A stretch of DNA of 29,212 nt, taken from the NCBI GenBank assembly GCA_030152505.1, contig JASLJO010000088.1:1-29212 (forward strand), in the 5' to 3' direction. Position numbers and translations under genes: made by a program. This DNA comes from Solirubrobacterales bacterium (GTDB lineage: Bacteria; Actinomycetota; Thermoleophilia; Solirubrobacterales; 70-9). Position 1 is the stretch's first letter, and each line of letters starts with the position of its first letter. This document shows positions 8,575 through 17,086 of this stretch, piece after piece. The notes under the pieces are model-generated. The model made no database searches. It was not told where the DNA came from and worked only from the letters and a program-made list of their open reading frames with translations.

Positions 8575-8628
8575 ATGTCCGGCATCCACTTCGCGGAACA
8601 GCGTCCCGGAAGCGAGTTGACGACGTGA
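8575..8628 (+). CDS. Putative leaderless uORF MSGIHFAEQRPGSELTT
   Basis: ATG 6 nt after TAGGCT; its TGA overlaps the methyltransferase GTG (GTGA 8625-8628). Confidence 0.4.
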   Translation: MSGIHFAEQRPGSELTT

Positions 8629-9236
8629 CGGGCGAGTGGTCGGAGGCGGAGCGGGTTTCCGAGTACCTCGCGCGGGAGATCCCCCATCGCGCGACAGCGG
8701 AGCAATTGCTGCTCGAGGCGCTGCCGGATCAGGTCGAGCGTTTCCTCGACCTCGGCACCGGAGACGGGCGCATGCTCGCATTGGTCCGCGGTCGCCATCC
8801 TCAGGCAACCGCCATCGGTCTCGACTCCTCGACGCCGATGCTCGAACGAGCAGCAAGCCGGTTCGAGGCGGATCCGCTGATCGAGCTTCGCTTTGCGCTG
8901 CTCGAGCACCCGCTTGTCGAGACCGAGCCGTTCGACGTGGTCGTCTCGGGCCTGGCGATCCACCACTTGGAGGATGAGCGCAAGCGAAGTCTGTTCGACG
9001 AAATCTATGCGCTGCTGGGTCCGGATGGCGTCTTCGTCAATCTCGACTTGGTCAGTTCTGCATCCGTGCGGCTCCACGAGCGCTTCCGCCGTGATATAGG
9101 CCGGACCGAGGACGATCCGACCGATCGGCTCGCCGACCTGTCGGAGCAACTGTCCTGGCTGCGCGAAGCCGGCTTCGCCGAGGCCGACTGCCACTTCAAG
9201 TGGCTCGAGCTGGCGCTGATGGTGGCCGTGAAGTAA
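8625..9236 (+). CDS. Class I SAM-dependent methyltransferase
   Basis: FLDLGTGDG, GLDSSTPML, FDVVVSGLAIHHL, WLREAGF motifs. Confidence 0.9.
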   Translation: MTGEWSEAERVSEYLAREIPHRATAEQLLLEALPDQVERFLDLGTGDGRMLALVRGRHPQATAIGLDSSTPMLERAASRFEADPLIELRFALLEHPLVETEPFDVVVSGLAIHHLEDERKRSLFDEIYALLGPDGVFVNLDLVSSASVRLHERFRRDIGRTEDDPTDRLADLSEQLSWLREAGFAEADCHFKWLELALMVAVK

Positions 9237-9265
9237 GCGAGGCAGTACGCCGGTCGAGCTGCTTC

Positions 9266-9307
9266 GATGAAGGATCGTGTCCCCCATAGAGGCTCAAATC
9301 TTTCATC
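9266..9307. repeat. REP-like imperfect palindrome, ATAG-loop family (type B copy 1)
   Basis: GATGAAGGATCGTGTCCCCC-ATAG-AGGCTCAAATCTTTCATC; similar to 9895-9930. Confidence 0.75.
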
Positions 9308-9310
9308 CAA

Positions 9311-9883
9311 ATGTGCGCGCCACTGATTGAGCTGGGGAACTGGGTCGAGGAGGCGCAGGAGGCGGGGCTACCGCAGCCCGGGTCGGTGGCATTCGTCACG
9401 GTCGGCGCCGGCGGGCGGCCGTCGGCGCGGACGGTGAACCTGAAGCGACTGGAGGACGACGCGCTCGTCTTCACCTCGGCGCTGTGGACGCGCAAGGCGC
9501 GGGAGATCGAGGCCAATCCGCATGTCGCCCTGCTGTTCCACTGGCCCTCGCTGGGGCGACAGGCGCACGTCGCCGGCGACGCTACCGTCGCCGAGCGCGC
9601 CCTGGCCGAGGAGCTGTTCGACCAGCACGACCTGCTGCACCAGCTGCAGACCGTCGTCTCCCGCCAGGGCGAGCCGATCGAGGAGATCGGCTCGCTGCGC
9701 GACCGGCTCGCCCACCTCGCTCAGGTCCAGGAGACGTCGCCGCCCTGCCCGCCGGACTGGGGCGCCCTAAGGGTGCGCCCGGAGGCGATCGAGCTGTGGA
9801 GCGAATCGCCCGACCGCATCCATGAGCGCCGCCTCTTCGAGCGCGACGGCGGCGGCTGGACCGTCACCCTGCTCTCGCCCTGA
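9311..9883 (+). CDS. Pyridoxamine 5'-phosphate oxidase family (PdxH/PhzG-like)
   Basis: GRPSARTVNLK, TRKAREIEANPHVALLFHW..LGRQ, SRQGEPI, PPDWG, IELW...RIHER; divergent at some conserved positions. Confidence 0.85.
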   Translation: MCAPLIELGNWVEEAQEAGLPQPGSVAFVTVGAGGRPSARTVNLKRLEDDALVFTSALWTRKAREIEANPHVALLFHWPSLGRQAHVAGDATVAERALAEELFDQHDLLHQLQTVVSRQGEPIEEIGSLRDRLAHLAQVQETSPPCPPDWGALRVRPEAIELWSESPDRIHERRLFERDGGGWTVTLLSP

Positions 9884-9894
9884 CCAGGTTGAGT

Positions 9895-9930
9895 GAAGGA
9901 TTGTGGTCCCCATAGGGGGCACAATCCTTC
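9895..9930. repeat. REP-like imperfect palindrome, ATAG-loop family (type B copy 2); possible terminator
   Basis: GAAGGATTGTG-GTCCCCATAGGGGG-CACAATCCTTC, perfect 11 bp outer arms, just after the 9883 stop. Confidence 0.8.
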
Positions 9931-10022
9931 GACTTGACTCTGAATAAACGTCCGTGAAAGCCCTTCCAATCCACGTTTACGGCGCTATGGTGCTCGCCAC
10001 ACCCTGCCGAAGGAGATCCTTG

Positions 10023-11063
10023 ATGAGACGAGTCGCAAAGCTGCTGGGACCGGGAGCCGTCGGGCTCCTGCTGACGATGGCCCTGATCGCCGCGCCCGGA
10101 GCGGCCGCGGCGCCGCTGGCGAATGCGTCGGCGTGCAAGCCCGCCGCTGACATCGAGGCGATCGTCGACGACTCCGGCTCGATGGACATCACCGACCCGG
10201 ACCGGCTGCGAGTGCAGGGGATGAACCTGCTGATCGACGACCTTTCGCCGCAAACGCAGCTCGGCGCGGTCGAGTTCGGCTCCGGGTTCGAATTCCCCGG
10301 GATTCCCTCCACCCCGGCCGCCAATACGGTCTTCCCGCCCGAGCCGGTCGGTGCGAACGCGAGCGCCATGCGCAGCGCCCTGGACGCGGCGATCAAAGCC
10401 GACAACGGCGCCACCGATTACAACGGCGCCTTCGCCAAGTCCGATGCCGACAACCCGAACGCCGACGCGCGCGTCTTCCTCACCGACGGCGGCCATGACG
10501 TCGGCGCCTACAACGAAGGCCATCTGGTCCACAGGGTGCCGACCTACGTGATCGGCTTCGGCTCTGGGATCTCCGCGGGCGAGGACCAGGCACGGCTGAA
10601 GAAGATCGCCAAAGACACCGGCGGCAAGTACTTCCCGGTAAAAGACACGAGCCAGCTGCAGGCTGCGATGAACAGCATCGGCGCGGCGCTCACCTGCCAG
10701 ACGCCGCCGCGCTCCTTCACCGACCTCCTCAAACAGGGCCAGGTCAAACAGCACAGCATCTCGATCGGGGGCGCGACGAAAACGATCCAGATCACCCTCA
10801 CCTGGGCCAGCCCGCTTGACAAATTCAAGCTCACCGGCCTGCGGCTGGTCGGCAAAAACGGCCTCCTCGCCGTCGCCTCTCGCAGCCACAGCCAGCCGAG
10901 CAAACTGGTGGTGAGCAAGACGATCAGCTCCACCTTCGCAATCGTCAAAGTCTCGAAGCTGAAGAGGGGGACCCTGCACTTCGGCGTGAAGGCGCTGAAG
11001 GTCGCCTCCGGGTCACCGAAAGCGACCCTGACCACGCAGGTCGGTCAGCTCAAACACAGGTAA
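10023..11063 (+). CDS. Secreted von Willebrand factor A domain protein
   Basis: SD AAGGAG; signal peptide; MIDAS DDSGSM...GATDY...FLTDG, TYVIGFG, LKKIAKDTGGKY; Lys-rich beta C-terminal domain. Confidence 0.88.
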   Translation: MRRVAKLLGPGAVGLLLTMALIAAPGAAAAPLANASACKPAADIEAIVDDSGSMDITDPDRLRVQGMNLLIDDLSPQTQLGAVEFGSGFEFPGIPSTPAANTVFPPEPVGANASAMRSALDAAIKADNGATDYNGAFAKSDADNPNADARVFLTDGGHDVGAYNEGHLVHRVPTYVIGFGSGISAGEDQARLKKIAKDTGGKYFPVKDTSQLQAAMNSIGAALTCQTPPRSFTDLLKQGQVKQHSISIGGATKTIQITLTWASPLDKFKLTGLRLVGKNGLLAVASRSHSQPSKLVVSKTISSTFAIVKVSKLKRGTLHFGVKALKVASGSPKATLTTQVGQLKHR

Positions 11064-11071
11064 CGCTCAGC

Positions 11072-11103
11072 GGCAGCCGGCCTCGATTTCGGGGTCGGCT
11101 GCT
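11072..11103 (+). terminator. Stem-loop downstream of vWA gene
   Basis: GGCAGCCGGCCTCGA-TT-TCGGGGTCGGCTGCT with G-U pairs; no U-tract. Confidence 0.6.
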
Positions 11104-11224
11104 ACCGTGAAGGAGTCGGGTTTGGCCTAAGGGCGCCCGAGAGGTTCCGTTTCCTCCGTGCGCTTCACTCGCGTCTAGGGGTCGCTGGATCTCCCCTATT
11201 CGCTCAAGAAGGAGCTCACTACAC

Positions 11225-12415
11225 ATGTCGTTCGCCGATCTCGGCGTATCCAAGAACGTCGTGCGCGCGCTTTCGCAGCGCGGCATCGACCAACCCTTTC
11301 CCGTTCAGACGATGGTGATCCGCGACGCGCTCGCCGGTCACGATCTGCTCGTTCAGTCTCCCACCGGCTCTGGCAAGACGCTCGCCTTCGGCGTGCCGCT
11401 CGTCGATCTGATCGAGCCGGGGGCCCATGGCCTCTCCGCCCTCATCCTCGCCCCCACCCGCGAGCTGGCGAGCCAGATCGTCGACGAGCTGCAGTCCGTC
11501 GCCGAAGCGCGGCGGCTGCGGATCGCCGCCGTCTACGGTGGCGTCGGCTTCGGCCCGCAGAGCGCCGCGGCGAAACGCGCCGACGTCGTCGTCGCCACCC
11601 CCGGCCGGCTGGAGGACCTGATCGCCCGCGGCACGCTCTCGCTCGCAGAGGTGCAGGTGCTCGTCCTCGATGAGGCCGACCGCATGCTCGACATGGGCTT
11701 CAAGCCGGCCGTCGACCGGATCGTCGCCCAGACTCCGGCGAGGCGCCAGACCCTCTTCTTCTCGGCGACGCTCGAGGGTGCGACCGGCAAGATCGCCGCC
11801 GCCTACACGCGCAAGCCGCGCCGCCACACCCGTGCCGCCGAGGCGGCCGAGGCGGCCGACATCGAGCACCGCTTCCTCCACGTCGACTCGCAGAGCGCCA
11901 AGCTCGGTCACCTGGTCGAGCAGCTGCGGGGCTCCGACAGCGGTCGCACGCTGGTCTTCGTCCGCACCAAGCGCGGTGCCGACCGGCTGGTCAAGCGCCT
12001 GCGCAAGCACCGCGTAGAGGCGGTCGCGATGCACGGCGACAAGAACCAGCGCCAGCGCGAGCGCGCCCTCGCCCGCTTCGAGGACGGCGAGATCGAGGCC
12101 TTGATCGCGACCGACGTCGCCGCCCGCGGGATCGACGTCGACGGGATCACGCAGGTGGTCAACTTCGACGCGCCGGGCGACCGCGACGCCTACGTCCACA
12201 GGGTCGGCCGCACCGGCCGGGCCGGCGCCCGCGGCACGGGGGTCAGCTTCGTCCTCGCCGACCAGGTCGACGAGGTGCGGCGCATGGCCGTCGCCCTCGG
12301 CCTCGTGCGCGAGTTCGACCGCGAACGGCGCGAGCGCCTCCCGGCCGAGTCACGGCCGCCGCGGCAGCAGCAGGCGGCGCGGCGCCGGCGCCGCCGTCCC
12401 AAGGCCGCTCGGTGA
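11225..12415 (+). CDS. DEAD-box ATP-dependent RNA helicase (RhlE-like)
   Basis: Q motif FPVQ, SPTGSGKT, PTRELA, TPGRL, LDEADRMLDMGF, SAT, ATDVAARGID, HRVGRTGR; Arg-rich tail. Confidence 0.97.
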   Translation: MSFADLGVSKNVVRALSQRGIDQPFPVQTMVIRDALAGHDLLVQSPTGSGKTLAFGVPLVDLIEPGAHGLSALILAPTRELASQIVDELQSVAEARRLRIAAVYGGVGFGPQSAAAKRADVVVATPGRLEDLIARGTLSLAEVQVLVLDEADRMLDMGFKPAVDRIVAQTPARRQTLFFSATLEGATGKIAAAYTRKPRRHTRAAEAAEAADIEHRFLHVDSQSAKLGHLVEQLRGSDSGRTLVFVRTKRGADRLVKRLRKHRVEAVAMHGDKNQRQRERALARFEDGEIEALIATDVAARGIDVDGITQVVNFDAPGDRDAYVHRVGRTGRAGARGTGVSFVLADQVDEVRRMAVALGLVREFDRERRERLPAESRPPRQQQAARRRRRRPKAAR

Positions 12416-12774
12416 CCGTCGCGGTCGCCACCGCCGGCAGGTGGACCTGCGACCGCTGCAACGTCTCGGTCAGCCAGATCGACGGCGCCAGCGTGCCGCT
12501 GCCCGAGAGTTGGACCGCGGCTGCCGACGGGCTCTTCTGCCTCACCTGCCGGCGCGAGCGAGCGGCGGAGGCGGCGTCGGATGCAGCTCCGGCCGGCTGC
12601 AACGCCGCCACGAAAGCCAAGCTGCGGCGCGCCGGCCTGCTCGAGTTCGAGGTGCGGCGCGCTCCCGAGCGCGCCGACAACGCGATCGCCAAGGCATGCC
12701 ATACCTCGGCCTCGGCCGTCGCCACCGCGCGGCGCCAGCTCCAGCCTCAGGCCAAAGCGTCCGCCCGCCGATAG
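12412..12774 (+). CDS. Small protein with CxxC...CxxC zinc finger and C-terminal HTH-like segment
   Basis: WTCDRC...FCLTC; PERADNAIAKACHTSASAVATARRQL; GTGA overlap with helicase stop. Confidence 0.8.
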   Translation: MTVAVATAGRWTCDRCNVSVSQIDGASVPLPESWTAAADGLFCLTCRRERAAEAASDAAPAGCNAATKAKLRRAGLLEFEVRRAPERADNAIAKACHTSASAVATARRQLQPQAKASARR

Positions 12775-12781
12775 GAACGGT

Positions 12782-13639
12782 GTGGCACAACTCGGCATCG
12801 CCCTCGCCCTCGTCGCCGCACTGATGACGAACCTCGCCTCGCTGCTCAAGCATCGGGGCTGCCACCGGGCCGAGCCCGTTCGCCTCCGCCGGCCACTGCG
12901 CAGTGCGCGCGCACTGGCCGGGTCGCGCTGGTTCGCGGCCGGCTGGGGGCTCGCCGCGATCGCCTGGCTGGTCCACGTCGCGGCGCTCTCGATGGCACCG
13001 CTCTCAATCGTGCAGGCGGTCCTCGCCGGCGGCGCGGTGATGCTGGCGGTGATCTCGCAGCGGGTCTTCGGCGACACGGTCGAGCGCCAGCAGTGGCTGG
13101 CGCTGGCGCTGGGCGGCGCTGGGCTCGCGCGGCTCGCCCACACCCAGCCGCACCGGAGCGGCAGCGACTCCGAAATCTCCGCCGGCGCGATGCTCGGTTT
13201 CGAGGGCGGCCTGGCGCTGCTCGCCAGCGGCCTGGCGCTCGGCCACCGCTCGCCGCGCGTCGCCGCGCGTCGCGGCGTGCTGCTCGCGGTGCTCGCAGGC
13301 ACCCTCATCGCCTTCGCGGGGATCGCCATCAAGGGCCTCTTCGGGGTCGGCGGGGTGGCGCTCGTCGTGATCGTCCCCTGGATCGCGCTGATCGTCCTCT
13401 GCGGCGCGCTCGCCCAATACGCGACCGTCGCCGCGCTCCAGGGTGGGCAGGCGATCGAGACGATCGGCCTGATCGGCTTGGTCGCCAACGCGACCCAGAT
13501 CGCCGGTGGCGTGCTCGTCTTCGGCGATCCGCTCTCCGCCGACCCACTCGGCCTCGCCCTGCAGGCGAGCGCCTTCGCGATGGTCTGTGCCTCGGCGCTG
13601 CTGCTGCCGTCGCGCAGGGCGCAGCCGGCGCCGGCCTGA
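12782..13639 (+). CDS. DMT-superfamily (NIPA/EamA-like) membrane protein
   Basis: About 9 hydrophobic segments; HVAALSMAPLSIVQAV and GGVLVFGD motifs. Confidence 0.8.
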   Translation: MAQLGIALALVAALMTNLASLLKHRGCHRAEPVRLRRPLRSARALAGSRWFAAGWGLAAIAWLVHVAALSMAPLSIVQAVLAGGAVMLAVISQRVFGDTVERQQWLALALGGAGLARLAHTQPHRSGSDSEISAGAMLGFEGGLALLASGLALGHRSPRVAARRGVLLAVLAGTLIAFAGIAIKGLFGVGGVALVVIVPWIALIVLCGALAQYATVAALQGGQAIETIGLIGLVANATQIAGGVLVFGDPLSADPLGLALQASAFAMVCASALLLPSRRAQPAPA

Positions 13640-13662
13640 ACCTGGCGGGGAATCCCTCCGTA
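13637..13662 (+). promoter_or_regulatory. Putative ECF-sigma promoter
   Basis: TGAACC-N16-CGTA upstream of the lipoprotein SD. Confidence 0.4.
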
Positions 13663-13716
13663 CCCCGGGCGACCGGGCGGTACCCCACCGCACTCGCGAA
13701 CCCAGGAGGCAGTCCC

Positions 13717-14250
13717 GTGACCAGAACTCTTCCAGCCATCGCCATCCTCGCGGTCGGCGCGCTGCTCGCCTTCGCCGGCTGCGGCGGCGGCAGCTCCAGC
13801 TCCTCAGGTGAAGGCGGCGCCTATGGATCAGGCGGTGAAACCAGCACCGCCAAGAGCGAAGCCGCAAACAGTGAAACGGGGGGTAACGGTGTGGTCGCGG
13901 TGGCCAAGAGCCCTGAACTGGACGAAGCGATTCTGGTCGACTCCGAAGGGTTCACGCTCTACGACTTCCACAAGGACAGGGGGACGAAGTCGGCGTGTTA
14001 CGGAGCCTGCGCCGGCGTCTGGCCGCCGTTGACCACGAGCGGGGCGCCGCAGGCGATGAAGGGCGCCGAGGCAGGCAAGCTCGGCACGACCAAGCGCAGC
14101 GACGGCACCGTGCAGGTGACCTACGCCGGCCATCCGCTCTACACCTATACGGCCGACACCAAACCAGGCGACGCCAGAGGCAACGACTTCAGCTCCTACG
14201 GCGCGGAGTGGTACGCGCTTTTGCCCAGCGGCGAGGAGGCCGGCGGTTAG
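13717..14250 (+). CDS. COG4315 / Lipoprotein_15 repeat lipoprotein
   Basis: SD AGGAGG, lipobox FAGC, LVDSEGFTLYDF..D...CYGACAGVWPP, QVTYAGHPLYTY..D.KPGD..G. Confidence 0.92.
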   Translation: MTRTLPAIAILAVGALLAFAGCGGGSSSSSGEGGAYGSGGETSTAKSEAANSETGGNGVVAVAKSPELDEAILVDSEGFTLYDFHKDRGTKSACYGACAGVWPPLTTSGAPQAMKGAEAGKLGTTKRSDGTVQVTYAGHPLYTYTADTKPGDARGNDFSSYGAEWYALLPSGEEAGG

Positions 14251-14265
14251 TAACGTGCCATCCGG

Positions 14266-16035
14266 ATGCCCGATGCCGGACGCCAACGCGGGGCGAGGCC
14301 GGGGCACATCGTTTCGGCCTGCCTCGCACTCGCCTGCCTGACCGGCCTCCTCCTCGCACCGGGCGCGGCGGCGGAAAGCGCGGCGGGCGGTCCGGCAAAG
14401 GTCGATGTCGGCCAGGTGCGTATGACCGCCCCGGTCGACGGGCGCAGCACCCTGCTGGTGCCGGTGCGCTACCCGATCCAGCTCGTCGGCCGGCCGCTCG
14501 AACTGCGGCTGATCCTGCGCCGTCCGGACCGCGGTGGGGCGATCCACGGCTGGCGCCTGCGCGCCCGTGCCAATGGCGGCGCGCTGCGCCTTCCCGAGCA
14601 ACGCGAGCGCTTCACCTTCGTACACCGGATCGGCCTCGGGCCGCAGCTGACCCGCCGGCTCGAACTCGGCGTCGGCACCGGGCGCCACGCCGCCAGGGCC
14701 AGGCCACTCGTGCAGATCGACGCGGTCGAGGCGCTCGACCTCAACCGGGACGGGATCGCCGAGCTCGAATCGAGCGACCACGTGGTGCAGACGCTACCCC
14801 GCGACCACGCCGGCCGACCTCTGTGCAGCAGCGTCCCCCAGGTCCGCGCAAGGCCCGGCAAGCGGGTCTCGGTACCACTGCCCAGCTGCGGCATCCAGGT
14901 GCGTTGGCGGATCGCTCGCCGTCCCACGCACGGCTCCGCCAGGATCCACGACGGTCGACTGCTCTACCGCTCCTCCGCTGGGTTCCGCGGAACCGACTCG
15001 GTCAAGCTGCGGCAGGGTTCTGCTGGGGGAGCGTCGCATTCCGCCCGCGGGCGCTCGGCGCCGGTGGAGATCAGGGTGCAGCGACGCACGGGTGTCGTCG
15101 TACGGGCCCTCGGAGACTCGGTCACCGCCGGCTTCGGCTACTACGACGACGGCTCGCCGATGCCGTTCACCAGCCTGCTCTCCTGCAAGCCGGCCGAAAC
15201 GACCTACGACGACGCCTGCTCCTCCAACTCGACCAGCCGCAGCAACGAAGAATCGGAGGTCCACTACGCCCCTGACTACGGCCTCTCCAACAACGTCTCC
15301 TGGGCAGCGCAGTGGTCCAACGAGCACGGCGTGACCAACTACGAGAACCTCGCGGTCAGCGGTGCCGAACCGTCGACCTGGCTCCCCGGGGGCCAGCTCC
15401 ACTCGACGCTCGTGCAGCTCGAGTCCGAAGAACCGGACTACGTCCTGATGACGATCGGGGCAAACCCACTGCTCTCCGAAATGCTCTTCGGCGTCGACAG
15501 GATGGGCTGTGCGATCTGGTCCGACCTCTTCGGCGACTACCGCGAATGCATCGAGGAAGCCTTCGCCTCGGTCCGCCTGCGCGCCAACCTGAAGCAGCTC
15601 TACGAAGAGCTGGTCGACGACACCGAGGCGATCATCTATTTGATGCAGTACCAGCTCTCGATCCCCTCAACGGCGCTCGCATACGGCGCCACCCAGATCG
15701 CCGAGATGGGTGAACTGCTGAACGGCGAAATCGCCGCGGTCGCGGCCGAGGTCGGCTCGCCGCGGCTCCGGGTCATCGCCCCGCCCCACTTCCCGGTCGG
15801 CATCGACATCTCGCCGGTCTATCCCTCGAGCTACTCCTGCTCCCACCTCGGCTACATGGTCGACGGCCCCAGCGCCCAGTCCGAGCCGACCCAGGACGAG
15901 CTGCTGGTCAGCCACCCGCTCTCCTTCTGCTCGGGGCCGCTCGACGGCCCACCCTGGGTGATCGGCGGCGACACCGGCATCCACCCCAGCGCCGCCGGCT
16001 ACGCCCAGATGACCTCACAGGTCCCGCCGCCATAG
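14266..16035 (+). CDS. Secreted multidomain SGNH/GDSL hydrolase with Ig/cadherin-like linker domain
   Basis: Signal peptide; RRPTHGSARI...LLY....GFRGTDS; ALGDSVTAG, NLAVSG, TIGAN, DTGIHPSAAGY. Confidence 0.82.
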   Translation: MPDAGRQRGARPGHIVSACLALACLTGLLLAPGAAAESAAGGPAKVDVGQVRMTAPVDGRSTLLVPVRYPIQLVGRPLELRLILRRPDRGGAIHGWRLRARANGGALRLPEQRERFTFVHRIGLGPQLTRRLELGVGTGRHAARARPLVQIDAVEALDLNRDGIAELESSDHVVQTLPRDHAGRPLCSSVPQVRARPGKRVSVPLPSCGIQVRWRIARRPTHGSARIHDGRLLYRSSAGFRGTDSVKLRQGSAGGASHSARGRSAPVEIRVQRRTGVVVRALGDSVTAGFGYYDDGSPMPFTSLLSCKPAETTYDDACSSNSTSRSNEESEVHYAPDYGLSNNVSWAAQWSNEHGVTNYENLAVSGAEPSTWLPGGQLHSTLVQLESEEPDYVLMTIGANPLLSEMLFGVDRMGCAIWSDLFGDYRECIEEAFASVRLRANLKQLYEELVDDTEAIIYLMQYQLSIPSTALAYGATQIAEMGELLNGEIAAVAAEVGSPRLRVIAPPHFPVGIDISPVYPSSYSCSHLGYMVDGPSAQSEPTQDELLVSHPLSFCSGPLDGPPWVIGGDTGIHPSAAGYAQMTSQVPPP

Positions 16036-16051
16036 CGACAGCCACCCGAGC

Positions 16052-16094
16052 GTGGTCGAGGTTTGAGTCGCATAGCGGTCGAAACCTCGACCGC
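16052..16094. repeat. REP-like imperfect palindrome, ATAG-loop family (type A copy 1)
   Basis: GTGGTCGAGGTTTGAGTCGC-ATAG-CGGTCGAAACCTCGACCGC. Confidence 0.85.
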
Positions 16095-16128
16095 GTAGCC
16101 GATGCTCTCGTGGCGCTATCTTCGTCCG

Positions 16129-17052
16129 ATGTCGCCGACGACCTTGCCCGCTGCCTCCTATGAGGACTGGGCGGCGACCTGCGACACCCTCCATGCCCAC
16201 ACCCAGGTGCTGGGCAAGCTGGCGGCGGAGCTCGCCCCGCCCGAGCCGCAGCTGCAGCACGCCGCCCTGAGGCTGACGACGCGCGGCTGGGAGACGGCGC
16301 CGTTGCCGGCGCCCGACGGCTCCGGGGCACTGGTCGTGGCGCTCGACCTGCACGCCCACGAGGCGGTGGCCGAGCACAGCGACGGGCGGGCGCGGCGGCT
16401 CCCGCTGACCCCGCACCGGCCGGTCGGCGAGGTGACGCGGGAGGTCCTGGCGGCGGTCGCCGAGCTCGGCGGCGCGGTCGAGATCGACCCGACGCCACAG
16501 GAGGTCTCCTGGAGCGTGCCGCTCGACCAGGACAGCGAACACGCGACGTACGAGCCCGAGCAGGTCGGCGCCTACTTCGCCGCAGCGACCCGGGCGGCGC
16601 TCGTCCTCGCCGCCTTCCGCGCGCCGTTCCGCGGCCGCTCGACCCAGGTCAACGCCTGGTGGGGGTCCTTCGACCTCGCCGTGAGCCTCTACTCCGGCGC
16701 CCCGGCAGAGCCCCCATCGGACGACTTCATCATGCGCAACGCGGGCGACGCGCAGCAGTTCGAGCTCGGCTGGTGGCCCGGCGACGACCGCTATCCACGG
16801 GCGGCGTTCTACGCCTACGCGCTGCCCGCATCGGACTCGTTCGCCGCGTCGAGCCTGGCGCCCGAGGCGGCGCGCTGGGACGGCACGCTCGGCGAGTTCC
16901 TCCTCGACTGGGACGACGTGCGCACCGCCGCCGACCCGCACGCCCACGCGCTCGAGTTCGCCCGCTCGGCCTTCCGCCATGCCTGTCTGGTCTGCGGCTG
17001 GGACGAGTCGCTCGCCGCCAGCGCCGAGGGCACGCCGCCACCGCTCTCCTGA
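16129..17052 (+). CDS. DUF5996 family protein
   Basis: WAATCDTLHAHTQVLGK, FRGRSTQVNAWWGSFDLAVSLYSG, GWWPGD, AFYAYA, GEFLLDWDDVR; ATG 6 nt after TATCTT. Confidence 0.85.
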   Translation: MSPTTLPAASYEDWAATCDTLHAHTQVLGKLAAELAPPEPQLQHAALRLTTRGWETAPLPAPDGSGALVVALDLHAHEAVAEHSDGRARRLPLTPHRPVGEVTREVLAAVAELGGAVEIDPTPQEVSWSVPLDQDSEHATYEPEQVGAYFAAATRAALVLAAFRAPFRGRSTQVNAWWGSFDLAVSLYSGAPAEPPSDDFIMRNAGDAQQFELGWWPGDDRYPRAAFYAYALPASDSFAASSLAPEAARWDGTLGEFLLDWDDVRTAADPHAHALEFARSAFRHACLVCGWDESLAASAEGTPPPLS

Positions 17053-17086
17053 CGCGCCTTTATAGTCGAGTATCCTTTAGCGCCGG

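Noticed and set aside
3836..9883. Methyltransferases, SRPBCC, PdxH/PhzG-like and FGE-like genes as a secondary-metabolite cluster
   Set aside because: No scaffold enzyme (PKS, NRPS, RiPP precursor/maturase, terpene synthase); genes have mixed orientations and separate promoters.
13120..13150. Polar stretch LARLAHTQP in a DMT transmembrane helix (and YPLQ at ~23890 in the ABC permease)
   Set aside because: Each codon is one second-position change from Leu (CGG, CAC, CAG, CCG); more likely base-call errors in low-coverage assembly than biology. Needs read inspection.
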